A stretch of 64,000 nucleotides of DNA from Eledone cirrhosa (taxonomy: Eukaryota): positions 40,300,001-40,364,000 of the forward strand of contig OZ024741.1 of NCBI GenBank assembly GCA_964016885.1, read 5' to 3'. Of this stretch, positions 14,983 to 28,801 are shown piece after piece. The notes under the pieces were generated by a model. The model was not told where the DNA came from. It searched no databases and saw only the letters and a list, made by a program, of their open reading frames with translations. The translations under genes and the position numbers were made by a program. Each line of letters opens with the position of its first letter. The stretch's first letter is position 1.

Positions 14983-15274
14983 GAATATCAACTTACAGTT
15001 TACCTAGCTAACACACCTAGTTTTGACACTTTTGGCTTTGACCACATTAAAAAAATTACCACGCTTGTATTTTCTACTACACACTCCACTCTCACGTACA
15101 GCCAACCATGCTACAGGTCATAACACCATACAACCCACTCTACCGCTTTAAATATTTCTACAACGTGGCATGGAATTTTTTAACAAAATTAATTTACTGA
15201 GTGAAGGAAATTATGAAATATTTAATTTAATTATACAACTGTCTAATAAAAACTGTGATCCTTTAAGTTTGAAT

Positions 15275-15580
15275 AATTGTTTCCTTTTTGGCACAAGGCC
15301 AGCAATTACCCAGTTCATTACTGGTACTCTATTTTATCGACCCCGTAAGGATAAAAGGCAAAGTTGAGCTCGACGAGATTTGAACTCAAACCGTAAAGGG
15401 ACGTAACTATGCTAGAAAGCATGGCGTCCAACCCTCTACCGATACTGCCAATTCACCGCCCTAAGGTTAAATAATTGTTTCTACTTTAGGCACAAGGCCA
15501 GCAATTACCCACTGCATTACTGGTACTTTATTTTATCGACCCCGTAAGGATGAAAGGCAAAGTCAACCTCGGCGGGATTG
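15275..15580 (-). mobile_element. Two tandem copies of SINE family A
   Basis: Reverse complement of the family A body, twice; the second copy is 5'-truncated. Confidence 0.85.
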
Positions 15581-15955
15581 CGCCACACTGAGGTGTGCGC
15601 CCCAGATGGTGATCTCATTGGCTTAATAGTAACAACGGTCCTGATTGCAGCAACATTTCTGCGGCATCAATAAAATAGATAGTGTCCACTATAGTGGACA
15701 CTCTAGTGGACAATATAAAATAGATTTCATTTCAACTGTATAACGCTTGTTACTCGCCACATCTTTTTCGTAAACAGTTCGTTGCTTCCTCGTTTGTAAG
15801 ACAAACATAAGTAGAAATTTCCGATCTGACACAAATTACCAGTCGCGGCTGCGATAAACCTGTCTCGATGGCGTCCTGAGGAGTCTGTCATTAAGTTAAA
15901 GCAGCAAGCCAATGTACACAAAGAAACTGAATTTATGATTATTAGACATTAAATT

Positions 15956-16295
15956 AATTTTAGGAAGCCGTAGCCATGCGAACACCGGGGGCTAACGCCC
16001 TCTGGTGTTGTCCAGCAGAAGCAAGGGGCACAACCGTATATGCATTTCAGGCTTAACTGGCCATCGTCAGGACGGTCCCTCCAACCGCTTGCGACTGCTG
16101 GACTATAAGACAGGCGAGAATATATAGTTTTCTCGTCTGTGTAAATGAGGTGATTAATCTCATTTGAATATGAAGCTGCACCAGTTGGCTCGACTTATAA
16201 TAGAAAAGAAATAGGATTTCGCTTCAAGCATAGCTTTATACAATATGTATAGAAATCCGTATTTCGAAAGAAAATTTTAGTAAGCCGTAGCCATG
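15956..16295 (-). mobile_element. Retrozyme-like non-coding unit (317-nt monomer with terminal redundancy)
   Basis: AATTTTAG-N-AAGCCGTAGCCATG at 15956-15978 and 16273-16295; internal hammerhead; multiple hairpins; no meaningful ORF. Confidence 0.65.
16033..16076 (-). ncRNA. Type I minimal hammerhead ribozyme
   Basis: Minus strand ACCGTC-CTGACGA-tGGCcagttaaGCCt-GAAA-TGCA-TA-tACGGT; palindromic stem III ATGCAT; one mismatch next to the cleavage site. Confidence 0.75.
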
Positions 16296-16469
16296 TGAGT
16301 ATATATATATATATATATATATTTGTATATATAGCATATATATATATATATATATATATATTTGTATATATATATATATATATATATATATTGTGTATAT
16401 GTTGGTTGTATACCAACACCTCAGTATGGGGCGGGGGGGGGGGGTTACTCCGGAGTAATGTAAAATAAA

Positions 16470-19400
16470 ATAAAATATAAATAAGTCAAATGTTTAAAAT
16501 TTGGCTTCGTTTATTACTGCTATATATATTTCGGTGACAGCCATCTTTGGCTGTGACCTCTTCAGGCAGTCCGAATTAGTGTGGTAGAGACGAGTATACA
16601 TGTTGTTGAGGTGTATAACTTTGTCAATACTCTGATATGCCAAGTTCCTGGTTGGGTTGTTATTTCACTGAGGAACTGGAATCATATGAATTCAAACAAA
16701 CGAATTTCAGTGTCAAAGGGCCTCTTCTCCTCTCATTGGTCAGTTGTTAGAACATTCCTCAGTCAAAAGTCTATAGAAATTCGTTCTGAGGCAAGCCAAT
16801 CTGTAGTTGTTGTTCTTGTTATTGTTAGGTACATCTGACCTCTATTCTTGTGTTGGTAGTGGTGTTATTGTTGGAGTCAGCTAAAAACAAATGTGGTAAA
16901 GTGGTAGAAGGAATAAAATGGTAAATAAACAAAATAAAATAAAATAATCGAATAAAATATACCCATCTCAACGTTATAAAGATTTGTAAGGTCAAACTTC
17001 CCATTGGTCAGTTTTGAGAGCATTCCTCAGTCCAAAGCCTATAGAAATTCTTTCTGCCATGTATATGAAGAAATAGAAGGCAATAAAATGAAGTAAACGG
17101 AAAATAAATAATAGATAGAGAATAAATGAAAAATTAATGAAAAGGTAATGAAAAAGTAATGAAAAGTGAATATGGAAAATGAAAAATGAAAATGAAAAGT
17201 GAAAAATAAAATGAAGATTCGAATAAAATAAGATAAAATGTGTGTGTGCTATAACCAATCTCAAGGTCAGAAATATGTTGGATAGATTGGTAGGAGGAAC
17301 AAGATGGTAAAAGAATAAGACGAAATAGGATATTCAAATAAAATGTCTGTGTGTTATAACAAATCTCAACTTAAATATAAAGTGATAAAGTGAAGAAAAC
17401 AGAAAACAAATAACAAATGAATAATGAGAAATCAAAAGTGAAAAATCAAAAATCAGGTAAATTAAAATGTGTGTGTGTTATAAAGATGTTGGTCAAATTA
17501 TAAAGGCTGTGTCAGAATCAATCTCTAGGCTATCATGGTGTCGGCTCAGCCTGGCTTGAGGGGAGTTCCCAACCTATGGTGTTGTTACTGCCCATATAGC
17601 TTGAGGGAGGTTTGGCCGGGAGGTGTCTACATGTTCTGGAGAAGTCCCTATAGCTTGAGGGGAGTTCACATCTTATTGTGTTGCTACTGTCCATATATCT
17701 TGAGGAAGGTCCCGGCCCTGAGGTGTCTGCATGTCCCGAAGAAGTCGGTTCTGAGGTTTATCAGGCCGCTTCCACCTTCTTATTATCTCAAGGGTCTCGT
17801 TCAGACATAGTTTGCATATGCAAGATCCCCCTTTATCGGGTGGTACTTTCCTGATTATGGACCAGGCCAGAGAGTACGGGGTCCTGTCCAGCTTAAGCTT
17901 CCAGATCAGGTCGGAGAGAGCCGTACTTTTCCTTTTGGCCTCCTTATTGAAGGAATCGCGATGGTTATACCAGCGGTCTTTAAAGTTCGTTGGTGTGGCT
18001 CCTATGTAGAGGTGTTCGGAGTTGGGGGTTTTAACCCTACAACCGTATACTATGTTCTTCTTAAGGCATTCATTACCAAGGGAGCATGATTCGAGGTTTC
18101 TGCAGTTGCAGAGGGTGGTCGACCACTGCGTGCCTAGATTTGGGTTCCCGTTAAGTGTTATATGGTGGTCTTCCCCCAGGCGCGGTGGGGGGGGGGTCCC
18201 AGGGTCTGTTTGGGTTTCTTGGGTGGGTACTGGGTCCCCCCTTCCCTCCTTTCACATGGTTCTGCTGAGTGCTTGTATTGCCATCTTCTGGTTGTGTGTG
18301 GTTTTTAAGCCTACTCCTGTTGATGCTAGCTATGTGTTGGGCCAGATTTCTCGTGGTGGAATACGAGAGCTTCACAGTGTGTCTGTTGAAGATCGTGTGG
18401 TATCTATGGTCCCTCGGGAAGCATTTATCAAGTACTCCAAAGAATGATCGGGCCAAGCTGTTCTTTAGGGCCGCTGAGTAGGGTGGGTTGTACCACGTGA
18501 TTTTTCTGTGTCTCCTCCTATATGTGTGGGTCGGGGGCGTCGTGTGTTGTTGGAGATTTGCTGGGTTGGTGGTGGTTCCCGCATTGTTGCTTCCCCTTTG
18601 GGCGCTATGCGTTTTGCTATCTTCACGGCCCGAATCTGTGGGGTGGTCGTTGCCCGAGCTGGGAGATCTAACATGGGGTGCCCCCCCCCCCCCACGTGTC
18701 CTGCAGTTGTGGTCGTCGGGCCGGGGTGGTTAGCATCACCCCTGAAACTGCTACTCATATTGGGTTTCACCCCATGGTTAAGCGTACTCGTCACCAACGC
18801 CCGTGTGGTGGTGTCGGGATCATGGTGCCTATTTGTTTTTGTACTGCCTGGATTGTTAGGGTTCCCCCCTCCCCGGGCAACGCTGGTGTGGGTGTCTGTT
18901 GGGCCAGCCCCATCCCGGCGTTTCGGACTGTATGTTATATTTTGTCCATGTGCCGCCTTATTTAGAGCTGCGTTGTAATATTCCGCGTTGTTATCGAATA
19001 TTTCCTTACTTGCGGATGGGCTGGAGATGCTGTCCGAGACACTCTTCACCACGGCCTTGGTTATGGATCTAGGGTGGCGTTAACATACACGAGTTTCTCG
19101 TTGGGCTTGTGGTAGGTGTAGTATTGTTCGGTGTTCAGGTTTAGGGTGGTGTCTAGGAAGTTAACTACCTTTCTATTTGGGTCTAGTTCTATACTGAGCC
19201 CCTGGTTCTTAAAGAAATGGCGAATACGCCTTCTCATTCCCTCCAACATATTGGTGCTGAGGTCATATACTGTGAAGAGAGCATCGTGACGATATAATCC
19301 GCCGCCCAGGCAGGGGATTTCATCTTTTATCTGCTTCAGCAGGAAGAGCCCAACCAGGTCCGTTACCTGTGCTGAGTCGCTGGAGCCCATCGTGATGTCA

Positions 19401-19520
19401 AAGTTATTTGGCCAATCACTCTTGGTACAAAGGTCTCCATCGAAACGGATTAAGGTCTTTCTTGCGGCGTGGATGATACTCACCTCCTCTCGGGTTAGGT
19501 CCGTGTTGGACATCGCTAAA
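16470..19520 (-). mobile_element. PLE, 5'-truncated, RT plus GIY-YIG with frameshifts
   Basis: RT: FDITMGSSDSAQVTDLVGLFLL, GLYRHDAL, VNFLDTTLNL, YHKPN. Endonuclease (about 17700-18140): CNCRNLESCSLGNECLKKNIVYGC..LYIGATPTNFKDRWYNH..STALSDLIW..CKLCLNE. Long 3' UTR. Confidence 0.93.
16516..16570 (-). ncRNA. Type I minimal hammerhead ribozyme at PLE 3' end
   Basis: Minus strand ACTGC-CTGAAGA-GGTcACAGCC aaagat GGCTGTcACC-GAAA-TATATA-TA-GCAGT; all core positions present, palindromic stem III. Confidence 0.9.
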
Positions 19521-19783
19521 AACGATATATATGAACAAACGAGCAACGATGGCTGCTAGACACTACGGCTTAATACGGGATGTTTGTTTATAAACACACC
19601 GAGCATTATAATAAATGTTCGGTGAATCCATACGTACATATATATATGTGTGCATGTATATATATATATATATATATACTACTGTACGTCTGTATACATA
19701 TATGTATGTACGTGTACATACTTATATTTACGTAACAACCGTACTAAGAGTGGGAAATGAAATTTCGTTTCATTTTTTCCGTT

Positions 19784-19817
<34 letters not shown>

Positions 19818-19859
19818 AATACATATATAATTTTTGTATATACAATATTATAAAAGATA

Positions 19860-20362
19860 GATGGCATGACAGGCCTTGACTATTGGAGTCGATTAGAAAA
19901 GCTCAAACTTTATTCTCTTTAACGTAGCCGTGGGCGCTACATTATCTGTATGATGTGGAAAATATTCCAGCAGCTTAGCCCAAATGATGTTGGCATCACC
20001 TTTAGTGTACACCCAAGGCTTGGGCCCCGTGATATCCGCCCACGACAAAAATCTCACTCGCATCACATAACAACAATACGGCACAATTATTTCACCTCAA
20101 TTGGCCCTGCACTCTTTAACATTACACCAAAACACATCAAAGCAGAGACAGACCCCATCAAGTTCAAGAAGTCTTTGGATAAATTCCTTCAAGAAATCCC
20201 GGATAAGCCTCCTACACCCGGATATGCCTCCGTAAACAATAACTCTCTGCTCGAGTGGGCCATGGTGCCCAAACACTGATGTGTAAGACTTCGCCAGGTG
20301 GTGCTATTAAGTTAGACATGGCCTGGGCCAATACTGGCCGAAACCTATGAAAGTTATCAAAG

Positions 20363-20370
<8 letters not shown>
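19860..20370 (+). mobile_element. CR1/L2-group LINE 3' fragment
   Basis: GLDYWSRLEKLKLYSL*RSR.RY...IGPALFNITP..I...FKKSLDKFLQEIPDKP, typical CR1-group ORF2 C-terminus. Confidence 0.8.
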
Positions 20371-20436
<66 letters not shown>

Positions 20437-20507
20437 ACATACATATATATACACACACTCACTGACATACATATATATACACACACTCACTGACATACAC
20501 GCGCCCG

Positions 20508-20545
<38 letters not shown>

Positions 20546-20569
20546 TACATATATACATATATATATACG

Positions 20570-20766
20570 AAAATGTTCAAGACCCCAACGGCAGAGCTCG
20601 AGCCGTTTCGACGGCTATTTCTGTACCTTGGTCTCTGTGTGTGTATATATGTATATATATAGACGTCGGGGTCTTGAACATTTTCCTATTACCCACACTA
20701 CTACCCAAATTATTGAGTACTCTGGTGCGTTATGGTCCACCTGGTTCCTTACCACACTTCCTTCGT

Positions 20767-20768
<2 letters not shown>
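20570..20768. repeat. Hairpin-bearing interspersed repeat family H
   Basis: Shared GACCCCGACGGCAGAGCT..AGCCGTTTCGACGGCT and TGGTGCGTTATGGTCC..CTTACCACA..CCTTCGTT modules; also at 33640-33761, 35325-35412, 44457-44505, 48668-48725 and 60409-60547. Confidence 0.85.
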
Positions 20769-20824
<56 letters not shown>

Positions 20825-21262
20825 TGATAATTTGTAAACGAATGAGAAAGGGACACTCTATATATTGTAGTGTATGTATTTGATTTAAAGTAAATTTTTC
20901 TGCCCGCTATTCTAGTTTACGGTAGTGTGATCTTCAGGCCTCAGATAATGGCAGTGAAGTGAAACATAAGTAGAACAAATTATGAAAAATATTCAGTTAA
21001 AATTATAGTGTTAGAGGAAAGAACATTTTTTGCCAAAATTGTGATAATCTTGAGTAGAGAAAACTGGCGGAGATTTCTTGTGGTTATTTAAGTAGAATTT
21101 ATGGATTTCGGTATGTTTAAATTATTGGTGTAATAGTATACTTGATTTATGTATTATATATATATGTGTGTGTGCACGCGTGTGTGTGTGCACGCGTGTG
21201 TGTGTATGTGTGTGAGTGTGAGTGTGTGTGTGTGTGTGTGTAAAAGTATGTATGTATGTAAC

Positions 21263-21327
<65 letters not shown>

Positions 21328-21372
21328 GCATATATATATATATATTCACACATACACATATATATATACATG

Positions 21373-21423
<51 letters not shown>

Positions 21424-21428
21424 AATAT

Positions 21429-21481
<53 letters not shown>

Positions 21482-21613
21482 TAGATACATTAAATATATA
21501 TATATATACATTATATAGATATACATATATACATTATATATATATATATATATGTGTATATATATATGTATATATATATATATACATACACATACACATA
21601 CACACATATATAT

Positions 21614-21689
<76 letters not shown>

Positions 21690-22104
21690 TGTACATGTTG
21701 TTATGTATTTGGTAGTGTCTATGTTTCTGTATGTCTGTGTGTCTGTATGTTTGTGAGTGTGTGCCAAAGTGGTTTCGCGCGCGTCCCCGTTTGTGCGTGT
21801 TATACAGTGCAAATCTCTTCTATTCAGAGTAATCAATCAGAATTGGTTGCTGACCAACCCCGGATGATATGACTAATCTAACTCCTACCCCTACCACCTT
21901 CTCTCTACACCTCCGATATTATTCAATGCTACTACCACAAGAAAACTTCACGCTCAACCTTACCTCTTCCTACCACTCTTTTGTGCAATAAATAAAAAGA
22001 GAATATTTTACTTCTGGTAGCAATCAAGGAATTTAAGGGGAAAAAAACAATGCTTTATGTACCTTTATCTCTCCCCCGCTCTCTCTCATTTGTACTCTTT
22101 CTTT

Positions 22105-22179
<75 letters not shown>

Positions 22180-22291
22180 CATATATATATTATATATACC
22201 AACATATTTAAATAGAAAAGAGAGGCACACATAATGACACACACATGCATGTAATGTATGTATATAATATATATAATATACAAGTGTGTGT

Positions 22292-22370
<79 letters not shown>

Positions 22371-22969
22371 TTTTCTATTTAACTATGTTGATAAAAAAGA
22401 AACTTTTTTCCCTTGCTGTCTCTGTATGTATTTGGGACGTAGAGTTTGAAGGGTACTATAGTTTTTTCCCCTTCTATGTCTAGTATTTTTTTTTTTTTTT
22501 TTTCAATTTTTATAATATTTAGAGCGGCTTAAGCGAAAGAACACAATATTGACTTCATTAGTTCCTACATTGATTAATTTTAACATCATTTTCATATAAT
22601 AGATTAAATTATAATATATATAAATGTACAGTTTACATATACAACTTTGCAGAAGAGTTTTAACTGCTTTCATGCATGATTGTGATAATCAAGAAATGAA
22701 GAGATGCCAATCAGATGTGAGACAGTGGTTTACAAGACAAGTTCGTGTAAACCCTTGGGATTTACAAAGAACGTCACACTTAATATTGTTCCGTGAAATA
22801 TATTCAAAATTTCCAATTCATTCTTAAGTCATAATTTACTCATGCTATTGAATATCCATTCTTATCTAAATATGAACATTTCGATTGCTTTCTCACCACC
22901 TGATAATCTGGGAGAGAAACAGATTTTGCTTGGATGGGGACTGGAGAAATTTCATTATAATGCCGAAAT

Positions 22970-23350
22970 AGGGTGGGGGATTGGCAGCATCAATAGAAGG
23001 TCGGACACCATTATTTGCAGCATAGAGTTACGCCCCTTTATGGTGTGAGTTCAAATCCCGCCGAGGTTGACTTTGCTTTTCATCCTTACGGGGTCGATAA
23101 AATAAAGTACCAGTAATGTACTGATTTAATTGCTGGCCTTGTGCCAATAGTAGAAACAATTATAATGCCGAGTTGGCAGAGTCGTTAGAACGTCGGATAG
23201 AATGCTTTACGGTATTTGTTGCTGCTCTCTGCTCTTGGAGTTCAAATCTCACCGAGGTCAACTTTGCCTTTCACCCTTTCGAGGTCGACAAAATAAAGTA
23301 CCAGAAATGCCTGGGATAATTGCTGGCCTTGAGCCAAAAGTAGAAACAAA
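22970..23350 (+). mobile_element. Two tandem copies of SINE family A
   Basis: A box, B box, body and AGTAGAAACAA tail, twice. Confidence 0.88.
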
Positions 23351-23569
23351 TATAATAAATGGACTCGTTCTGAGTGAATATTAGTCTAAGACATGGTATA
23401 CAGTCTTTATTTTTCCAATAAAAAAATAATTTTTATTTACAGAAAAGTTTATATGAAATGATAAGGAAATGAAGAATAAAAGAAATAGAAAAGATATAAA
23501 ATGAAAGAAGAAATTAAACAGCGAAAGGAAGGGAAGAGTGGAGAGAGCGACACACGCTACACCTCATCT

Positions 23570-24190
23570 GAGCAATATCACCCAACTGCGTCCTGTGGAG
23601 AACGACCAACGACACTCGCTGCAACATCCAATCCACCTGACGGGTTCCTTCCTTAAGCAGGTTTTTATTTTTCGAGGACGTATGACACTTAATGTTTCGA
23701 CGGCAACTGGCATGAAAAGTCATCGGTCTGTCAAACCCTGGTATTTGACAATTTTCTTTTCCTCAGCAGTGCGGGTGGAAGTACCTGGGTTTTCGGCCGC
23801 AAGTTTTCGCAGCAAGTTTCGCAGCAAGTATCATCCCAGATTAGGGATTTACCTCAATAGAATGAGAAGAGAGTTATCCTGTCTGGTAATCTGCCATCGC
23901 CATGATGAGCCCAGCTAGCTCCAGTTGTCATGAGAAGCCAAACGCATAGAAGTTCATTGGGATTATGTCAGGCATAACTGCGTGACGGGGAAACCGCCCT
24001 GCCTTAAGGCGGCAGGATAGCCTAGGGAGACCGAATTCGTTAACAACATATCCACAACAGCATCTGTGCGACTCACACAGAGTCAGGGCCGCTGGGCCAC
24101 GTCGATGCTAATGTACTTATCATCAAGAAGAGTACCAGTTGATGAGGAAGACACTGAAATGATCCACGCACCGCTGTTTGCTCTCTCGGG
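23570..24190 (-). mobile_element. CRE-like non-LTR retrotransposon C-terminal (RLE) fragment, decayed
   Basis: Minus-strand pieces SGAWI...GTLLDD..I.V, LSC..AGRFPRH, AEEKKIVKYQGL..LFMPVAVETL and WMLQRVSLVV match the CRE-clade zinc knuckle / restriction-like endonuclease pattern. Confidence 0.75.
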
Positions 24191-24199
24191 TTTCTCGTG

Positions 24200-24275
<76 letters not shown>

Positions 24276-24460
24276 TATCTATAACATATCTGTTTGACGA
24301 CCGATCCAGACGTATATTAATATTGTCTGGGATCCAGAAACGTTTGGTAACGGAGTAGTTATATTTCGTGTTGTTCACTTTCTAATTAAATAGCTCTGTT
24401 CTATACATAGAGCACTCTTTTTTCCTTTGCTTTTCCTTCGGAATTACCTACCACACACAT

Positions 24461-24513
<53 letters not shown>

Positions 24514-24971
24514 ATACATACATGTACACATACATACATGTGTACATACATACATGTGTACATACATACATACATACACACACATACATAGATGAATACT
24601 TACATACATACATACATACATACATATATACATACATATATACATACATAAATAAATACATACATACAGACAGAACATTCCACGTAACTAGTATGATATA
24701 GGAATGGAATCATTTAATAGCCATTTATATATATAAGCTATGACATTCTGTTAGGACGTGAATCCGTAATCTAAACGTTCCTTCATATCTTACTATATTT
24801 TCCATAGCAACCAGGGTTTCATAGCTCTTTGCTATATACCTATATAGGGTAAGTAAACTTTACACCCGGGGTACTCAATGACATTTGCTGGATTTCGTTC
24901 TCCCTCGTGCTCTCCCTCTCTCTCTCTTTCTTTCTTTCTCTCTTTCTTTCTGCCTCTCTCGCTCTCTTTAT

Positions 24972-25005
<34 letters not shown>

Positions 25006-25081
25006 GTGGGTGTGTATATACATACATATGAGTATGTGTGTGTATGTATATATATATACATACATATATTCATATATATAC

Positions 25082-25145
<64 letters not shown>

Positions 25146-25567
25146 GGTAAACAGAAATAACAAGACAATCGGTACCGTATATGGAAGGAATATATTAGGT
25201 TAACGCTTGATATAGCAGGGAGAGGGTCTTAACGTTTCGGACCGCTAGTCCTTTTATATGTATGTCTATATATACATATGTATATATATATATATATATA
25301 TAATATATAAGGAAAAGTAATCGAAAATGCAACTGGATCCTTTTTAAGAATATTTATTTGTTTCCTTTACCGGTTTCACAGTTCTTATGCCTTTCAAAAT
25401 TAGAATTGAGATGGAGGATTTGTGGTTTTTCTCGCATCTGGTTGGTGTTCGAATGTTACTGTTGTGTTATGTGGAAAAACGTGGCTTGAATTGCTATGAT
25501 TTTTTTTAAAAATTGGTTGGTTGATGACTGTCACGTGAATATACATGCATAATACATACATACATAA

Positions 25568-26130
25568 ATGGTGGCTGCCAACTCGTTTTCGTGTACGGCC
25601 ACTACTTTATATCCATGTAGCAGAACCCCTACCGATGCGCTGAACGAGTGTGACTTTTTAGTCCAGCCAGCGACTTGAAAACTCTGGTACAAACACTACA
25701 CTTGTGACAATTATTGACACATAGTGCTGGGCCCATGGTACCATGTGACGACAAGTGCAGAGAGATCTCCAGATATAAAGCAATGCCTGTGCCGTGAAGC
25801 TTTTATAGTGAGCAAAGGCACTGCACAAAGCCAGTCCCACTCTCTTAACCAAGATGATATTTACCAAAAAGAAGAACAATCAACTTCAGGGTTGCATGTG
25901 TTATATCAGAGTTTTCCTTCTCCTAGAATTCTGCTTTGAAAAAGGCTAAGGGGTCATCTCTCCCGGTGATTTTGGATGGCCATTGACTCTTAAGAGCTTC
26001 TTTGCCCTTTGACAGTACATGTATTCCAGTACAATCTGTCCCATGGTCGGGTCGTTGGCGACTAAACTGGCAACCCCACCAAGGTTTCTTGGTGAGGAGG
26101 GTGACTTTGGACATCCTGCAGGACTAAAAA
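25568..26130 (-). mobile_element. LINE 3' fragment (RTE-like) ending in a C2H2 finger, with (TATG)n tail
   Basis: Minus strand CSVCTRVFKSLAGLKSHTRSAHR* at 25629-25700, then a short UTR running into (TATG)n; second 3'-end copy at 26196-26272. Confidence 0.7.
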
Positions 26131-26164
26131 CATACATACATACATACATACATACATACATACA

Positions 26165-26197
<33 letters not shown>

Positions 26198-26290
26198 GGT
26201 GGCTGCCAACTCGTTTTCGAGTACGGCCACTACTTTATATCTATGTAGGAGAACCCCTACTGATGCGCTGAACATACATACATACATACA

Positions 26291-26321
<31 letters not shown>

Positions 26322-26754
26322 TTATAGTCACAGCTATGATTTGTTGCCTACAGTGGGATGAAGATAATGCTTAATCGTAGATCTGCCGGAAACATGAGAG
26401 GAAGACAACAAACCTGAGAACAACGAACAATTCATCACCAAATAGTAAAACTTCAGCTGTTTTACTGCGTCTTGTACGGCTGTTGAACGGTAAATCATTC
26501 TACAGTGTGGTGCAAATGGATCGGGCAATTATCAGGTAGTATAAAAGAGCTCGGTACCGCTGAATGGAGGGATTATGTCGAAAAAGGGCCGAAATTATTG
26601 TGATATCCATTCGACAGCTGATGGAATATATAGCACTCATTGCAAGAAGAAGAAGAAGAAGAAGAAGAAGAAGAAGAAGAAGAAGAAGAAGAAGAAGAAG
26701 AAGAAAACGTCGTTCTACGGCCGCCACCAATCCTCCTCTCTTTTAATCCTTAAT

Positions 26755-27610
26755 ATTGATTTCTGATTTAGGCACAAGGCCAACAATTTTGGAGGGGGGA
26801 AAATACGACCCCAGTGCCTTATTGAGAAAAACCGACCCCAGTGCATTACTGGTACTTTCTTATATCGACCTCTTATGGATGAACGGCGAAGCTAACCTCG
26901 GCGGGATTTCAACTCAGAACATAAAGGTACGTAACTATATTCCGCAAAGTATGTTTTCCGGCGCTCTACTGATTCTGCCAATCCACCACCCTTAATAATA
27001 ATTGTTTCTGATTTAGGCACAAAACAACCAATTCGAGGAGAGGATGAAGTCGATTAAACCAACACTAGTACATGACTGGTACTTTATTTTATCGACCACG
27101 TAAGAATGAAAGGCAACGCTAACCTCAACGGGATTTGAACTCAGAATGTAAAGGGCCGTAACTCTATGCTGCAAAATGTGTTGTCCGACGCTCTATCGAT
27201 TCTTCCAATCCTCCACCCGTTTTAATCAGTTTCTACTTTTGACACAAGGCCAGCAATTACACAGTACATTACTGGTACTTTATTTTATCGACTCCGTAAG
27301 GATGAAAAGCAAAATTAACCTCGGCGGAATTTGAAATCAGAACGTAAAGGGTCGTAACTCCATACTTCAAAGCATAGCGTCCGGCCCTCATGAAAACTGC
27401 TTACAATTGTAGAACTCCAGGGATAGACATGCTCCACTAACTTCTTGCTGAATCACATAATTGTTTCTACTTTTTGGCACAAGGCCAGCAAATACCCAGT
27501 GCATTACTGGTACTTTATTTTATCGACCCCGTAAGGATGAAAGGCAAAGTCAACCTCAGCGGGATTTGAACTCAGATCGTTAAGGGACGTAACTATGCTG
27601 GAAAGCATGG
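26755..27610 (-). mobile_element. Cluster of four same-orientation SINE family A copies
   Basis: Four reverse-complement bodies at about 26755-26990, 27000-27218, 27228-27385 and 27460-27610. Confidence 0.88.
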
Positions 27611-28559
27611 ACAATCATGAATATATAGCAGCAAGTTGATTGGATGCTTGGAGGAGAGGAGACCCATTGTGATCCTCTAAAACAAATATACCATATCCCT
27701 ACAAAATTATGGGCATATCTTTGGTGAGAACCAGGTTTGTAAATGCATTTACTTACATATGTGTGAGTGTTTTGTATGTGGGCTTACGTGTGTGTGTGTG
27801 TGTGTGTGTGTGTGTTTCTCTCACAGCACATATCTTCTCTCACTTCATATCCCATCTATCACCCCTCACCCTACTCACTCCCCCTCCCATCTCTCATCCC
27901 TCACTCTACTCACTCCTCCTCCTATCTCCCACCCCTCACCCTACACACTCCACCTCCCATCTCCCACCCCTCAACCTGCACACTCCACCACCCATCTCCC
28001 AACCCTCAACCTGCACAGTCCTCCTCCCATTTCTCCCCCCTCACCCTACTCACTCCTCTCCCACCTCTCTGTATGTATGTATAACAATACATTATTACAC
28101 TGATCACAGAGAGTATTGAGTATTGAATATAACAGTTTGTTTGGCGCCTTTTCATCAGTTCATTACATAAATCATTCAAGATATAGCAACTTGTGTAACC
28201 CATTCAGTAAAAACAGCTGTATATATGTACACTTACATAATCCATGATAGGAGGGTCTAACTAGGTCTCATTAACAATAAGTCTCATTAAATAAAATTAT
28301 ATTGGATAAGGGATATTATTGGTACACTATTTTAGTGCCCATGTACTTAGTGAAGCTTAGTGAAGCTAATCTACCACAGACTTCGGCAAACGGCATGGCT
28401 TCAACATAATAATAAAGTTTCTAATGACTTTATGGCAGATTGGAAGTATCGTTAGAGAGTCGAACACGAAATACCTTTTGTTGTTTCTGTTTCAAGTTCA
28501 AATTTCACCGATGTCAACTTTGCCATTCATACATAGAGACAAAAAAACAAAGGATCGAT

Positions 28560-28730
28560 CGCCTTTCGTAAATCGGACCGAGGAAACAATGTTTCCAGTT
28601 GCTAGTACTATCTATCGGTCGCAACTCCAGGTAGAAGGAGCAACGTGAAATAAAGTGTCTTGCTCAAATGAAGTGTCAACCTCAAGATTCTGAATCCAAT
28701 TCTCTAACCATTCAGCCACACGCCTTCACT
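28560..28730 (-). mobile_element. tRNA-derived SINE family B (CORE-like)
   Basis: Minus strand GAAGGCGTGTGGCTGAATGGTTAGAG...TTGAGCAAGACACTTTATTTCAC; relatives at 55195 and 55603. Confidence 0.7.
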
Positions 28731-28764
28731 ACATAGAGACAAACACAGATTTAATTATAGTTTA

Positions 28765-28801
<37 letters not shown>

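Noticed and set aside
26330-26640. Possible solo LTR (TATAAAAG at about 26541)
   Set aside because: No clear TG..CA ends, TSD or second copy in the window.
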